From positions 682,001-746,000 of the forward strand of contig CM039004.1 in the NCBI GenBank assembly GCA_017499595.2: a DNA stretch of 64,000 nucleotides, in the 5' to 3' direction. This document shows, one piece after another, positions 62,627 through 64,000 of the stretch; within the stretch, counting starts at the first letter, position 1, and each line of letters begins with the position of its first letter. This DNA comes from Psilocybe cubensis. Lineage: Eukaryota. The position numbers and the translations under genes are program-made. The notes beneath the pieces were generated by a model. The model had not been told where the DNA came from, did not search any database, and saw only the letters and a program-made list of their open reading frames with translations.

Positions 62627-63177
62627 TTGTCGTCTTCCGTTAACTCTTGTTATGCCGTTAGAATGCAGTGGTGACTCGCTGGCGCGCTGTGGCGGGTTTG
62701 GTGGTGGTGGTGGTGGTGGTGGTAGTTGAAAAGAAGCACGCGCCGCCATCGTTGATGACTGCGGCGCGCTTTTCCACGCCCGTTTTGGTCATCGTTGTCG
62801 ACGATGAGCTCGATATCGACGAATTTTGAACGGATTAATGTAGTTATTACATGTATACGTAGAGAAATATAACGCTTACCGTGATTGGAACTTCGTTTGA
62901 GCAATCGTATGTTATATTTAACACACGCGCCGGGCCAAGACATACGGCCCCTATGTCGCCCGGTTATGTAATGGCCGGTCAACCGGACTTATTGTAAACA
63001 TACGAAAATTATTACTTGAATTTGCATTGGTGAGCCAATAATTGTTTGGACATTTTAAAGCTAATAAAAATATTGCTTAACATTGTAAACCGGGCCCCGA
63101 AAATTGGGTGGGTTTGTAAGACTAAAAAAATATTGTATTGGATTACATTGCTTTGTAATCTACTGTCTGTTTAGTTG

Positions 63178-63489
63178 ATGCATGCACTGTACTTTCGGTG
63201 CTGCGTGACTATCTGTATAATCAGTGCCAAATAAATCACCGGCAAAGACATCAGGTGTAATATTGGGTGCGACATCGGGTGCATCAGTTTGAGCATGGAC
63301 CCCTAAACCACCATCCGGACGGCGGTTGCATTGCACGGGAGGACAAATAGAAGCTTCAAATAAAATGCGGGCCTGATTGCACGCATTGGACAGGCTAGAT
63401 CCTTTTTGAAAATGCTGGATGAGATGGCCAGGGCGCTTGAATACTGTGAGACAACCCGTGCACTGCAGAGAATTTGCAGCATAAGACAT
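63178..63489 (-). pseudogene. N-terminal part of Plavaka transposase 1
   Basis: MSYAANSLQCTGCLTVFKRPGHLIQH (zinc finger)..FAGDLFGTDY..VQCMH joins 49956 in frame across the nested element. Confidence 0.8.
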
Positions 63490-64000
63490 CGTCCGAATGG
63501 TTGAGATAGAGCACTAGCAATCATATTCAAGTCATCTATGTAGGAACATCTGAACAGTAAACTGATTGAAATGCAAATCTACGCTCCGAATTTGGTAAGC
63601 CAGCATTCAAGTGCATCAATTGGGAAAAGGCCGTTCTGCGTACCTGAATGTCCCTCCAACCATGCATGTCGCATGTACTGCCAGCCACTGTCCTTGTATT
63701 CAAACCACTACTAAGTACCCACCATCGATATTTTTTCACCACCACAGGCCCTCTGTCGTCCCAATGCCGCAACAAAACTTGAATGTGCCACGGCCAAACA
63801 GAAGGCCAGGTGGTCGAGGAATTGGCACACTTACACCCAGTGCGGCGGTAATTGCAGACTCAGTGGTGGAAGGTGACGTGGCAGAGTATGCAGCTGGTGG
63901 ACCCCCAGTTCAGAGACGTCGTATGTATAAAGCATCACAATGGTGATTAGATACTCACCTCAGTCCAGCTCGCCGTGAAACCGCAGAAAGACTGTTAGAA

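Larger units (their letters stand above)
49959..63177 (+). mobile_element. Plavaka element 2 (13.2 kb) nested in Plavaka transposase 1
   Basis: CA..TG ends with an imperfect TIR (core gtagattacaaagca[t/a]tgtaa at the same offset); AT duplication at 49957-49958 and 63178-63179; removal rejoins ..VQCMH|MDDNND.. in frame. Confidence 0.88.

Noticed and set aside
40294-63177. One 23-kb element with 1.1-kb TIRs
   Set aside because: Arms are clearly diverged; the 63177 end already pairs with 49959 via the AT TSD and in-frame rejoining
63536-64000. ORFs at the window end
   Set aside because: Probably internal to Plavaka 1, but truncated and unassignable

Overview
Intron-rich fungal DNA, most likely from an agaric basidiomycete (inferred from short introns and the transposon families). 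Host genes: the 3' end of a GH35 beta-galactosidase, a HIRIP3-like chromatin protein, an F-box protein, a long coiled-coil protein and five RING-finger paralogues. About 70% of the window is transposon. (1) A Ngaro/DIRS-type tyrosine-recombinase retrotransposon (7170-12648) with A1..B1-A2..B2 split direct repeats. (2) A complete 15.7-kb KDZ (Kyakuja-Dileera-Zisupton) DNA transposon (18526-34274) with 318-bp TIRs and a GCTTTAC TSD. It splits a RING gene and carries a TET/JBP-type dioxygenase, a Zn2Cys6-like protein, three unknown genes and intronic ACGGCGGA palindromes. (3) A nested Plavaka complex: a decayed minus-strand Plavaka transposase is split, with its frame restorable, by a 13.2-kb Plavaka element (49959-63177, CA..TG ends, AT TSD). 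Both plus-strand genes of that element are preceded by arrays of hairpins with covarying stems and an invariant AGGCTCATTGC loop. (4) A diverged copy of that element's end, an LTR-like fragment and a 1064-bp near-perfect inverted repeat. All calls are by eye; no database searches were run.
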